Shown here: positions 18,806-28,249 of the stretch, piece by piece
How positions within the stretch are numbered: position 1 is the first letter of the stretch
Layout of the letters: each line of letters opens with the position of its first letter
From: Candidatus Bathyarchaeia archaeon
GTDB lineage: Archaea > Thermoproteota > Bathyarchaeia > Bathyarchaeales > Bathycorpusculaceae
Reading direction: 5' to 3'
Assembly (NCBI GenBank): GCA_049512935.1
Contig: JBEKWR010000011.1
Span: forward strand, 17,406 to 81,405
Length of the DNA: 64,000 nucleotides
Made by a program: the position numbers and the translations under genes
Notes under the pieces: model-generated
What the model was told of the DNA's origin: nothing
Seen by the model: the letters and a program-made list of their open reading frames with translations, nothing else
Database searches by the model: none

Positions 18806-19064
18806 GCATAACACTCTCAGGAACCTTGACGGGAATGTTCGTTAGAGAAAAAGACATTAAATCATCCAAAGAAGGCTTTGCAGTGTCTGGGTCACTTAAG
18901 TATTCATTGATGAGTTCAGCCAAGTTTTCTTTTACTTCTTTTTCTGTTTTTCCTTGCGTAGCAATGTCCAACGTAGGACAGGAAGCTACAAACCATTTTC
19001 CCTCTTTTGTTATCAGAATTGGAAGAGGTATCGTCTCACACATAATCGTTAGAAATCCCATCAT
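18765..19064 (-). CDS. HicB-family antitoxin
   Basis: KEGKWFVASCPTLDIATQGKTEKEVKENL. Confidence 0.85.
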   Translation of the reverse strand: MMGFLTIMCETIPLPILITKEGKWFVASCPTLDIATQGKTEKEVKENLAELINEYLSDPDTAKPSLDDLMSFSLTNIPVKVPESVMHGKAPTVALAKSN

Positions 19065-19188
19065 TGTCTTATAAGGATTTTACTAATCCAGAAACTCTAA
19101 TATCTGAAGATAATATGCCGCAGAATACAAAATTTAAAATGCGAAAAGGCGGACCTGAAAAATCAAAGGAACAGGCTTGCCTGGGAAT

Positions 19189-19372
19189 CAGGTATCAATC
19201 GGTTTATACCTGTTTTTTCCGCCAGTTCATTGTTTTCTGCATTAGGAAAAAAGTTAAGCTTACGCTTGATTTGGACTCTAAATCAAAAAATCAACCCGAA
19301 ACAAGCCCCAAGCAGAAGCGCCTATCCTATAGGGGTCTATACTATTTGTGACAAAAAACCAACACAAAAAGC
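19189..19372 (-). repeat. Dispersed non-coding repeat family B, copy 1
   Basis: Reverse complement aligns to 27171-27421. Confidence 0.85.
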
Positions 19373-19450
19373 GCAAACGAAAAATCAGCGGAATGTCTCA
19401 TGTCGAAAAAACGACAAAAAGAGGAAAATGGGGGTTGGGTTTGCCTCGGC

Positions 19451-20923
19451 TTAGTAGTCGAGGTACTTCATTATTTCCCACGGGGACACGTACAGGCAGT
19501 ACTGGTTCCAGTCGTTGGTTTTGAGCTCTATGAAGGCTTCGAACACGTGGTCTCCGAGGGCTGCTTTGATGACGTCGTCGCTTTCCATCTCGTCCAACGC
19601 GCCTTTCAGCGTGGTCGGAAGCTCTTTTATGCCGAGTTCCTTGCGCTTCGCCTTGGTCAGTTTGTAGACGTCCTCGTCAACTGGGTCGCCTGGGTCAAGC
19701 TTCTTCTTCACGCCGTCCAAACCAGCCATCATGATGCAGCTGAAAGCCAAGTACGGGTTGCATGAGGGGTCGACGCCGCGGTATTCGACGCGTTTCTGCG
19801 CCTGGTGCGAGGGACCCTTGTAGTACATGGGTATGCGTGCGAGTGCGCTGCGGTTGGCTTTTGACCACATGACGTAAATCGGAGCCTCGAAGCCTGGAAC
19901 AAGACGTTTGTAGCTGCTCACTGTTGGGCAGCACACTGCGGTTAAGGCTTTTGCGTGTGCAAGGACGCCGCCCACGTAGTACCTGCCAGTCTGGCTTAGC
20001 TCAGCATAGTCGTCTTTTGCGTCGTACATCGCGTTCTTGCCGTCTTTCCAGATGCTTGAGTGAACATGCATGCCGCTGGCGTTGTCAAGGTAAATCGGCT
20101 TAGGCATGAACGTCGCGATCAACCCATGCTTCTTAGCGATGTTCTTGGCGACAAACTTGAAGAACAACGCGCGGTCAGCGGTTTCCAGCAGCTCACCGTA
20201 CTTGTAGTCGATTTCCACCTGTCCGACCGTGGCTACCTCGTGGTGATGCTTCTCAATCGTCAAGCCGAAGTTGTCCTCCAAAATCTGCGAAACCTCGTTA
20301 CGGTAAGCCACCGTCGTGTCCTCGGGCGGGGTTCGATAGTATGCCTCTTTTGGTCTGAGGATGAAGCCGCCGGGCGTGATTTCGGGAGAGTTCGGAACAA
20401 CACGTGGGGCACCCCATGCGTCTCCTTCGCCGCTTTTTGGGGCGGCCCAAAGGTCCCATGTCATTTTGGTTGGGTCAATTGAGGTGAAGACGAAGTGTTC
20501 AAGTTCAGGAGCGAAAATTCCAGTGTATCCCATGTCCTTGGCTGCTTTTATGGCTCTTTTCGCGACGTAGCCTCTTGGACACGTCACAGAGGGCTCTTTT
20601 GCGCCTGAAGCCTCCAACGCGTCGCCGAGCACTATCGCGCTTTTCTGAGCAGGTTCAGTTTCCCAGGGCATTACGGATAAGGTTTTGGCGTCAGGCATGA
20701 AGATCATGTCGGATTCTTCGATTGATTTGAAGCCGCGCACGGAGGACCCGTCGAAGCCAACGCCGTCTGTGAACGCTGAGCCGCTTACATATTCTCGGGC
20801 AGGCAAAACCATGTCTTGAAGGATGCCTCTTACATCGACGAATGCGCTGTGCACCCATCGAATATTATTTGATTTGAGGGTTTCAATTGCTTTCTTTACC
20901 TGTTCACTCATGACTTTCACCAT
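19451..20923 (-). CDS. glnA: Glutamine synthetase (type I), second paralog
   Basis: FDGSSV, HHHEVA, MPKP...NASGMHVH, KRLVPGFEAP, ANRSA. Confidence 0.95.
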   Translation of the reverse strand: MVKVMSEQVKKAIETLKSNNIRWVHSAFVDVRGILQDMVLPAREYVSGSAFTDGVGFDGSSVRGFKSIEESDMIFMPDAKTLSVMPWETEPAQKSAIVLGDALEASGAKEPSVTCPRGYVAKRAIKAAKDMGYTGIFAPELEHFVFTSIDPTKMTWDLWAAPKSGEGDAWGAPRVVPNSPEITPGGFILRPKEAYYRTPPEDTTVAYRNEVSQILEDNFGLTIEKHHHEVATVGQVEIDYKYGELLETADRALFFKFVAKNIAKKHGLIATFMPKPIYLDNASGMHVHSSIWKDGKNAMYDAKDDYAELSQTGRYYVGGVLAHAKALTAVCCPTVSSYKRLVPGFEAPIYVMWSKANRSALARIPMYYKGPSHQAQKRVEYRGVDPSCNPYLAFSCIMMAGLDGVKKKLDPGDPVDEDVYKLTKAKRKELGIKELPTTLKGALDEMESDDVIKAALGDHVFEAFIELKTNDWNQYCLYVSPWEIMKYLDY

Positions 20924-21107
20924 ACTAAATCATATGTTTTAGAATCCCTTTAAAACGTAAACATATATAAGTTTATCCCTGAAATGTTTGAATAAACGTT
21001 CACCATGGAAAACTAAACGCGTGACCGTATGGTAATTCATAATTCTTAGGAATGGGTCATAAGATTGCATAACAAAAAAACGTTTTATTCTTCACATTTT
21101 CCGTTTC

Positions 21108-21566
21108 CTACGTTTCCCGCCGCAGAAAATCCCCAATATCAAGCACGTTCTTAACAGCCACCTTCTCTGCAGAACCGCCTAAGTCGCCAGTTATCCTCCC
21201 GAAGCCGAGGCATTCACCAAACTCATTCAGCACCAAGACAGCGTCGCCCTTCCGTTTGGACCCCATCGCCTTAGCTACGCCTGACCCGAAAACGTCTCTG
21301 CCGCAGATGAAAAGCCACGCAGCCTTCCCATTCAAGACCACCTTGTTTGCCGCCGCGTCAACAAGCATGTTAAGCAAGTTGAAGCTTGGAAAGAAAATTC
21401 CCTTCTTGACCTTGCCCAGGTACATGCCCGCACAGTAAAAGTTCGCAGGCATCCGCTTAAGCCGAGGATTAAGGAGGTAAAACCGCTGGTTTCTTTCAAC
21501 AATGAATTCCGCGTTAAACTCTACCTTAGCGCCCACAGCGGAAGCGAAGGATTCGTACGGCTTCAA
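21108..21566 (-). CDS. Nip7-like PUA-domain ribosome biogenesis protein
   Basis: GMYLG, WLFICGRDVF, DIGDFLRRE; coupled to RsmB/NOP2. Confidence 0.85.
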   Translation of the reverse strand: MKPYESFASAVGAKVEFNAEFIVERNQRFYLLNPRLKRMPANFYCAGMYLGKVKKGIFFPSFNLLNMLVDAAANKVVLNGKAAWLFICGRDVFGSGVAKAMGSKRKGDAVLVLNEFGECLGFGRITGDLGGSAEKVAVKNVLDIGDFLRRET

Positions 21567-22450
21567 TGTTCAGCCTCCTTCTTGAGTTTGCAGACAAAAA
21601 AGCCCTGCGTTTCACCAGGCCAAATTCTTCTGGAAAGGGCAACTTGAGCGTCAAGTTTTTTGCCAAACACGTCAGTCAACCCGTTTGCGCCTAAGCAGTC
21701 AACCTTCTGAATCTGAAGCCCCAGGTTTTTGATTGCCCAATCCATGTTTAACTCGTCCTCTTCGGGCTCAAGGGAACAGGTGGAATAGACTATTTCGCCG
21801 CTGTCCGTTAAGCACGCTGCTGCTTCCTTCAAGATTGCTCTCTGCACGTTCGCGTTCCGTTCAACGTCATCAATGGTTCTTCGGTAAAACCAATCCTTGT
21901 CACCTGCAAAGTTACCCGAGCAGGGAACGTCAAGCAGTATGCGGTCGAACTTTCGGTTAAGCATCCCAGCTTGACGCGCATCAACATTGTAAACGATTGT
22001 GTTGCTGACATGGCAGCGTTCCAGCTGGTTAGCCATCACGTTAAGCCTCTGCTTATTTGTGTCTAACGCGGTTATGACGCCGCTGTTTCCCATGACGTCA
22101 GCAAGCTGAACCGTTTTGCCCCCGGGCGCAGCGCAGGCATCAAGCACGGTTTTGCCGCTCAGGGCAGAAAAAAGCGTGGCGGGGATTTGCGCGGCTGCTT
22201 CCTGGATAGAGTACAGCCCGAGCAGGTATTCTGCTGTAGCGCCGACGGAAACTTTGGTTTTGCCGACCCAGTACCCCGCAGGCAAAAAAGGGATTTTCTC
22301 AAGTTCAACGCCTAAGCCATATAGCCGTTCTGGAAGGTTTTTTCCTTTACCGCTAGCTTGGTTTATTCGGATTGACTGCTTCAGGTTGACTTCCCTAAAG
22401 GTCCAGCCGAGCCGTGCGTAGCGGTCTAGGAAAAACTGTTTAGCTGACAT
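21563..22450 (-). CDS. RsmB/NOL1/NOP2 RNA m5C methyltransferase (start moved to ATG 22450)
   Basis: DACAAPGGKT, LLDVPCSG, VYSTCS. Confidence 0.93.
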   Translation of the reverse strand: MSAKQFFLDRYARLGWTFREVNLKQSIRINQASGKGKNLPERLYGLGVELEKIPFLPAGYWVGKTKVSVGATAEYLLGLYSIQEAAAQIPATLFSALSGKTVLDACAAPGGKTVQLADVMGNSGVITALDTNKQRLNVMANQLERCHVSNTIVYNVDARQAGMLNRKFDRILLDVPCSGNFAGDKDWFYRRTIDDVERNANVQRAILKEAAACLTDSGEIVYSTCSLEPEEDELNMDWAIKNLGLQIQKVDCLGANGLTDVFGKKLDAQVALSRRIWPGETQGFFVCKLKKEAEH

Positions 22451-22717
22451 CACCTCTACATTGCAAGGAGCAAATAAAAACTTTGCAGCAGCACCAACGC
22501 CTTCATCCCTATAGTTTCCAAAGCAATGATAACAGAAATAGCCAATAACTAACCTGTAAGCTATAACGCAATACATTGCAAGCTTATGAGAAAGAAAATT
22601 CCGCCAAGATTCAAAAAGCTAAGAAGATATGAAAACATTTGGAAATATCGTATTAGGAGCAGAAGAGAGTTTTGAAAAACTTTTGCTATCTTAGTCTTCT
22701 TCTAAGTGCCCTCTTAA

Positions 22718-22861
22718 TTATTGCCACTGTGGTAAAAACTCGACTCTACTTTTAAGGTAGCATGCTTGATAGATGCCTTTGTGGGAGTCTATCCTGTGTA
22801 CTCTTAGTTGCTCTGGATTACTACATATTTTATCGCAAATTGGACATTTAAGCAGGAGCAA
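22718..22861 (-). CDS. Putative C2H2 zinc-finger microprotein (47 aa, absent from ORF track)
   Basis: TTG start; KCPICDKICSNPEQLRVHRIDSH. Confidence 0.55.
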   Translation of the reverse strand: MLLLKCPICDKICSNPEQLRVHRIDSHKGIYQACYLKSRVEFLPQWQ

Positions 22862-22978
22862 TAGTTTCTGCAAATCAAAAACCTAACCTGCAGGTATAAG
22901 TTGATTAACTATAATAAGCAATGTGAATGTAACCCTACAGCAACAACAAGCATAGCGCTTGTCACTTTCACTTCACTT

Positions 22979-23009
22979 CTCACCTCTATGTTATGCAGAT
23001 TTAAGACTT
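22979..23009 (-). repeat. Solo copy of the array repeat (R11)
   Basis: ctcacctctatgttatgcagatttaagactt. Confidence 0.75.
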
Positions 23010-23378
23010 TCATTAGGAGGCTGGCGCTTTACTCGCCCATTTTTTGGTGTAGAGCATCGATAAGGGTGTGGAGTATTGTAGCGGGTTATCTTGGGCGGTT
23101 TTCGATGTGGGGTTCTGCTGCGGCCGCTGTTTCCATGTTTAGCCTGTGATGCATCTTGGTTTTTCCACTTGGTTCGCCTGCTTTCGAGCGCTCAGCTTTC
23201 CGTTTAATGCTCGAACCCTCGGGTGGTTAATGGCAGGAGCATCGAAGAAAAGCAGAACACCTGTACTATCCCAAATAATGGAGGGTCATAGTTTAGGTAT
23301 CACTCGTGAACACTTTGCACGTGCACTGCGCTGATTCAATTTTTATATTTGAAAACTAACTTGTAACAGGGGAAGCAG

Positions 23379-24473
23379 TTGAAGAATCCCGCCGCTTATT
23401 CATTCGAAACAGTTTTGGAAAAAGAGGGGAAGGCTCGGGAGGTTATAGAGGGGTGTAGAACGGAGAACGGCTTCAACGCCAGTACGCAACTCTATCACCA
23501 GCTTTGGCTAAGGGACCTTGTCTACTCTGAAGATGTCCTGCTAAGACTTGGATACCACAAGGATGTCGAAAATCACTTGTCCGAATTCATAAAGTTGCAG
23601 CGCAGAAGTGGGCAGATGCCGACTGTGATTGATTTTAGCGTCAGCAAATTGATTCGTCAAAGGTTTCAGCGCTGCTCATCTGATGCAGAAATTTTGTTTG
23701 TTATAGGGATGCACAAGTACGCTACCAGTGGAGGGAGCAGGTTTTTCGAAGAAAATGGGGAAGCTGTGAAATCGTGCGTTGCATTCCTCGAGAGCAAACT
23801 GGAGGCGAACAGGCTTATTCCCGGCATGGATTGGAGGGATGCAATGCCAGTTTACATTGACAAGTGCCTTCTTGCTAACCAGATGCTTCTAGCGGACATG
23901 TACGAGTTGCTTGGGAACTCCACGGCGTCGAACTTGGTCAAGGAAAACGTGAACAGGCTCTTTTATTTGGGGGATTTGGGGTGGTATGCAGACGCCGTCA
24001 GTTGGGAGGGCAGTGAACTGAAGCAGAATCATCACTTTGACAGCCTCGGAAACGCCTTAGCCGTCCTTAATGGAACTGCTTCGGGAAAAGCCCGCGACGG
24101 TTTTCTCAGAGGCTTTGATGTTGCAAAAACACCTTTCGGCTACAGAAACATCACGCCGTACTACGAATTCGACAGGGAAAAGGCGTTGGCAACGTGGTAT
24201 AGGGCATGTCGGGTGCCGTTCGGGGTGTTTCTCAGGAACAGGCCGGGCAAATACCAGAACTCTGCGATATGGTCTTTTGTCGAGGTAAGAGTGATTGAGG
24301 CACTAAGAAAACTGAAAGCCGACAGCGAAGCCCAAGCAGCAATCAGCCTGCTCCTTGAGCGCAAAGGCTTCAGCGAGTTCTACGATCCAACAACTGGAGC
24401 GCCAGAAGGAAGCGGGGGACAGCTTTGGACAGCAGCGGCAACGCTTTCAGCAATTAATCATTGCAAGCCTTGA
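23379..24473 (+). CDS. Six-hairpin glycosidase (amylo-alpha-1,6-glucosidase/GH100-like)
   Basis: LWLRD, DWRD, FDSLGN, YQNSAIW, FSEF...QLWTAA. Confidence 0.75.
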   Translation: MKNPAAYSFETVLEKEGKAREVIEGCRTENGFNASTQLYHQLWLRDLVYSEDVLLRLGYHKDVENHLSEFIKLQRRSGQMPTVIDFSVSKLIRQRFQRCSSDAEILFVIGMHKYATSGGSRFFEENGEAVKSCVAFLESKLEANRLIPGMDWRDAMPVYIDKCLLANQMLLADMYELLGNSTASNLVKENVNRLFYLGDLGWYADAVSWEGSELKQNHHFDSLGNALAVLNGTASGKARDGFLRGFDVAKTPFGYRNITPYYEFDREKALATWYRACRVPFGVFLRNRPGKYQNSAIWSFVEVRVIEALRKLKADSEAQAAISLLLERKGFSEFYDPTTGAPEGSGGQLWTAAATLSAINHCKP

Positions 24474-24525
24474 AAACCAAAACCCAAGCAAACCCTGAAC
24501 CAAAGCTCATGCGGAAACCCGCCCG

Positions 24526-24691
24526 TAACCGACAATAACGTCAACATGGAGTCAACATTGAAAGTCGCATCCCGCCCATAGCAAAGTCGCAACGCGCAAA
24601 CGTCTTCAAGCCCCAAACCAAAAAAGCAACACGGAACGCAAAGCGCCAAGGAGGAATGTCGCAACTTTCCCGCAGGCAAAAGTCGCAACTT
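24526..24691 (+). repeat. Dispersed non-coding repeat family A, copy 1 (four AAAGTCGCAAC-like motifs)
   Basis: Ungapped match to 63383-63548. Confidence 0.9.
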
Positions 24692-24924
24692 AAAAATTTA
24701 AACCAAAATCGACCCTGAAAGAACCCAAAAAACGGCGAAGACCAATCAGAAAACAGGAATCGTAGGCGCCAAATTTTTTCGGGAAAGCTTGCCATAAAGC
24801 TTAATAGGCTTCAATTCACTTTCCATGTCAGCTTACCAATTCCGAGAGTTATTAAAATGCCGAATAAACAGAAAAATCAACCAGTAAAAGTTACATATTC
24901 ACGCAAAACGGAGAGCGCATAGTT

Positions 24925-27141
24925 ATGGCGCGTTACAGGCAAACAGAAGAAATCGTCAAGCTGATGGAAACCCCAACTTTCATACGCAACACCAGCATCA
25001 TCGCACACGTAGACCACGGAAAAACCACCCTGTCAGACAGCCTACTAGCGGCAGCAGGAATCATCAGCACGCAAACCGCCGGGCAAAAACTGTTCCTTGA
25101 CTCATGGGATCTGGAGCAGAAACGCCAAATGACCGTTTTCGCCTCAAACGTCAGCCTAGTCCACACGTACCAAGGCCAAGATTACCTCATCAACCTCATC
25201 GACACGCCTGGACACATCGACTTTTCAGGCGCAGTCACCAGAAGCCTAAGAGCAGTAGACGGCGCACTTGTGGTTGTAGACGCCGTTGAAGGACCCATGA
25301 CCCAGACAGAAACCGTTCTCATGCAAGCCCTAAGAGAACGCGTCAAACCGATCCTATTCATCAACAAGGTTGACCGATTAATCAAGGAAATCAAGCTTTC
25401 GCCAGTGGAGATTCAACGCAAGTTCGCGAAGATTCTTCTAAGAGTCAACAACCTCATCGAAAAATACGCGCCTGCCGAACACAAGAAAGACTGGCAGGTC
25501 ACGGTGGAAGATGGCCGCGTGGCTTTCGGTTCAGCCCTTCATAAGTGGGGCTTAAACATTGACCACATGAAACTAAAGAAAGTCACCTTCCAAGACATCA
25601 TCGACGCGTACACAGGCGACCCAATAGACGTCGGAAGGAAAGTTGACGAACTCAGCAAAAGAGCGCCCCTGCCAGAACCCATCCTAGACATGTTCTGCAA
25701 GCATCTGCCTAATCCTTATCAAGCGCAGCCTTACAGGCAGCCGCAGATTTGGCCAGGAGACGTGAACAGCCCGACAGGTGTCGGCATGGCAAAAGTTGAC
25801 CCGAACGCGCCTCTGCTTATGTGCATATCCACCATCGAGGTTGACCCACACAGCGGAACGGTCGCAATCGGCAGAATTTTCAGCGGTTCAATTGAGCGAG
25901 GCAAAGTAGTTCAGCTTGTCAGCAGCAACCAGAAAGGCACGATTCAGCAGGTTTTCATGAGTATGGCGACGGACCGAGTTATCATTGACCGTGTTCCAGC
26001 AGGCAACATTGGAGCCATCGCCGGGTTGCCGTCGATTCACGTTGGTGAAACCATTGCTGAGGAAGGCATTGAGGTTCACTCGTTTGAAGGTTTAAGGTAC
26101 GTTTCGGACCCAGTCGTTACCGTTGCGGTTGAGCCTGAAGACGTCAAAGACTTGCCGTTGTTCGATAAAGTCATGCATAAGTTGACAACTGAAGACCCTA
26201 ACTTGCACTTCATCATGAACAAGGAAAGCGGCGAGTTCCTGCTTTCAGGCATGGGTGAGCTTCACCTTGAAATCACGGCTTACCGCATGCAGGAGGCTGG
26301 CCTAAAAGTGAAGCTTAGCAAGCCTATCGTCATCTACAGGGAAACCATAAGCCACGATTACCGCGGTCCACCGATCATGGGTAAGAGCCCCAACAAGCAT
26401 AACAAGCTGTGGATAACGATCGAGAAGCTGTCTGACGAAGTGATTGAAGCCATAAAGTCTGACAAGATCAATGACATGCAGAGCAAAGATGAGCGGACTA
26501 AGATTCTGCGTTCGATGGGTTGGGAAGCGGATGAGGCTAAGGGCGCGGTTGCTGTTGAAGAAAACTGTATTCTTTGCAATCGTATTAGGGGACGGCAATA
26601 CGTGGAGGAAGTTTTAGATCACATTAAATCGGGGTTCCGCGAGGCAGTGCACACTTCGCCTTTAGCTAAGGAACCCGCGTACGGCCTCAAAATCAACCTT
26701 GAAGACATCGTATTGCACGAAGACCCAGTTCACAGGGGTCCTGCTCAGGCTATCCCGATGACTTGGAGACCGATATACTGCGCTATTCTGCTCAGCGACC
26801 CGAAGCTTTTGGAGCCGCTTATGAGTTTTGAATGCAAAGTTCCAAGCGAATTCGTCAGCGCCGTAATCACGCTGCTGAACAAACGCCGAGGCAAAATCCT
26901 TGACATGCCATCCGAAGAAGACATGATCACCGTTAAAGCTGAAATGCCGGTTTCCGAGAGCTTCGGCATAGCTGATGAATTGCGCGGTTCAACTTCAGGC
27001 AGAGCTTTCTGGGCGACGCAGTTTAGCCGTTGGGCGCCCGTTCCCGAGCAGTTGCAGGCTGAAACCATCAAGAAGATCCGTGAACGCAGAGGATTACCGC
27101 CGATCCCGCCGAAACCAGAAGAATACTTCGAATCGGAGTAA
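24925..27141 (+). CDS. fusA: Elongation factor EF-2 family GTPase
   Basis: AHVDHGKT, DTPGH, NKVD, GMGELHLE, diphthamide loop HEDPVHRGPAQ. Confidence 0.92.
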   Translation: MARYRQTEEIVKLMETPTFIRNTSIIAHVDHGKTTLSDSLLAAAGIISTQTAGQKLFLDSWDLEQKRQMTVFASNVSLVHTYQGQDYLINLIDTPGHIDFSGAVTRSLRAVDGALVVVDAVEGPMTQTETVLMQALRERVKPILFINKVDRLIKEIKLSPVEIQRKFAKILLRVNNLIEKYAPAEHKKDWQVTVEDGRVAFGSALHKWGLNIDHMKLKKVTFQDIIDAYTGDPIDVGRKVDELSKRAPLPEPILDMFCKHLPNPYQAQPYRQPQIWPGDVNSPTGVGMAKVDPNAPLLMCISTIEVDPHSGTVAIGRIFSGSIERGKVVQLVSSNQKGTIQQVFMSMATDRVIIDRVPAGNIGAIAGLPSIHVGETIAEEGIEVHSFEGLRYVSDPVVTVAVEPEDVKDLPLFDKVMHKLTTEDPNLHFIMNKESGEFLLSGMGELHLEITAYRMQEAGLKVKLSKPIVIYRETISHDYRGPPIMGKSPNKHNKLWITIEKLSDEVIEAIKSDKINDMQSKDERTKILRSMGWEADEAKGAVAVEENCILCNRIRGRQYVEEVLDHIKSGFREAVHTSPLAKEPAYGLKINLEDIVLHEDPVHRGPAQAIPMTWRPIYCAILLSDPKLLEPLMSFECKVPSEFVSAVITLLNKRRGKILDMPSEEDMITVKAEMPVSESFGIADELRGSTSGRAFWATQFSRWAPVPEQLQAETIKKIRERRGLPPIPPKPEEYFESE

Positions 27142-27170
27142 ACCGCTCCCCCTTTCCTTTTTTCAGTCTT

Positions 27171-27421
27171 GCTTTTTGTGATGGTTTTTTGTCACAAATA
27201 GTAGAGACCCCTATAGGGTCGTAATCTGTCAACATACGTCATTTTAGTGATGGAATTCAACCACAAATACTAGACCCCCTCCCCTCTCCTTGTCAGATAG
27301 GTCAGGGCTTGTTTCAGGTTCGCTTTTTGGTTTAGAGCTCAAATTAAGCTCTAAAGAATTTTTTTTCCTGTGCGGAAACAACGAACTACCTGAAAAAGCA
27401 GGTTTAATCCATTGATACCTG
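27171..27421 (+). repeat. Dispersed non-coding repeat family B, copy 2
   Basis: gctttttgtgatggttttttgtcacaaatagtagagacccctatagg...caggtttaatccattgatacctg. Confidence 0.85.
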
Positions 27422-27643
27422 TTTTCAGACGCTCCGCCAAGCGGCAGCTCGCTTCAAGCAGAGATGTTTTGGGTTGCCTCTATGGTTTAGAGTCTGAATC
27501 AGTCTCAGCTTACTCTGTCTTGTGCGATTCTTGGCATATGAAGAGCCGGAAACAGGTACCGCCAACTTTTACGTCGTTGACGGGGAGGCGTTCGGCTCGC
27601 GGTCGGGGTAAGGCTTTAAAGCTGAAAAGCGGTTAAACCTGAT

Positions 27644-28249
27644 GTGACATTTATGATACTTGGAGTCTGCGGCAGCCCGAGAGAACAAGCCACCGAGTAC
27701 GTGTTAAACGAAGCCCTGCGGATGCTCAGCGAGAAAGGGTTCGAAACCCAGTTTTGGACGGTGCGGGGAAAATGGGTTGACTTCTGCGAGCACTGCGACT
27801 ACTGCCTCCAGAACAAGGAGTGCGTTATCCAAGACGACGTGCAAGAGCTCTACGCGTTGCTCACCGAGGCGAAGGGAATCATTTTTGCGTCGCCCGTGTA
27901 CAATGGCGGAGTCAGCGCCCAAATCAAAGCGTTGATGGACAGGACACGCGCGCTGGTCGCGGAGGACAAAGATGTTTTCAAAGGCAAAATCGGGATGGCC
28001 ATCGCGGTAGGCGGAGACAGGAACGGCGGACAAGAGTTTGCGCTCATGCAGATCCACTCGTTCTTCATCATCAACGGCATGGTTCCTGTAGGCGGCGGAT
28101 TCTTCGGCGCCAACTTGGGAGCGACCTTCTGGAGCAGAGACACGCTAGACGGGGTCAAGGCGGATGAGGAGGGCTTCAGAAGCTTGAAGAAAACCGTTAA
28201 AAAGTTTGCAGCCGTCATGGAAGAGGCTGGGGAAAAGCCAAAGAGTTGA
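27644..28249 (+). CDS. Iron-sulfur flavoprotein (Isf) family
   Basis: GSPR, CEHCDYC-x5-C, ASPVY, GGDRNGGQE. Confidence 0.9.
   Translation: MTFMILGVCGSPREQATEYVLNEALRMLSEKGFETQFWTVRGKWVDFCEHCDYCLQNKECVIQDDVQELYALLTEAKGIIFASPVYNGGVSAQIKALMDRTRALVAEDKDVFKGKIGMAIAVGGDRNGGQEFALMQIHSFFIINGMVPVGGGFFGANLGATFWSRDTLDGVKADEEGFRSLKKTVKKFAAVMEEAGEKPKS

Noticed and set aside
19064-19454. ORFs 19064-19351 and 19230-19454
   Set aside because: They overlap non-coding repeat B and have no recognisable protein features.
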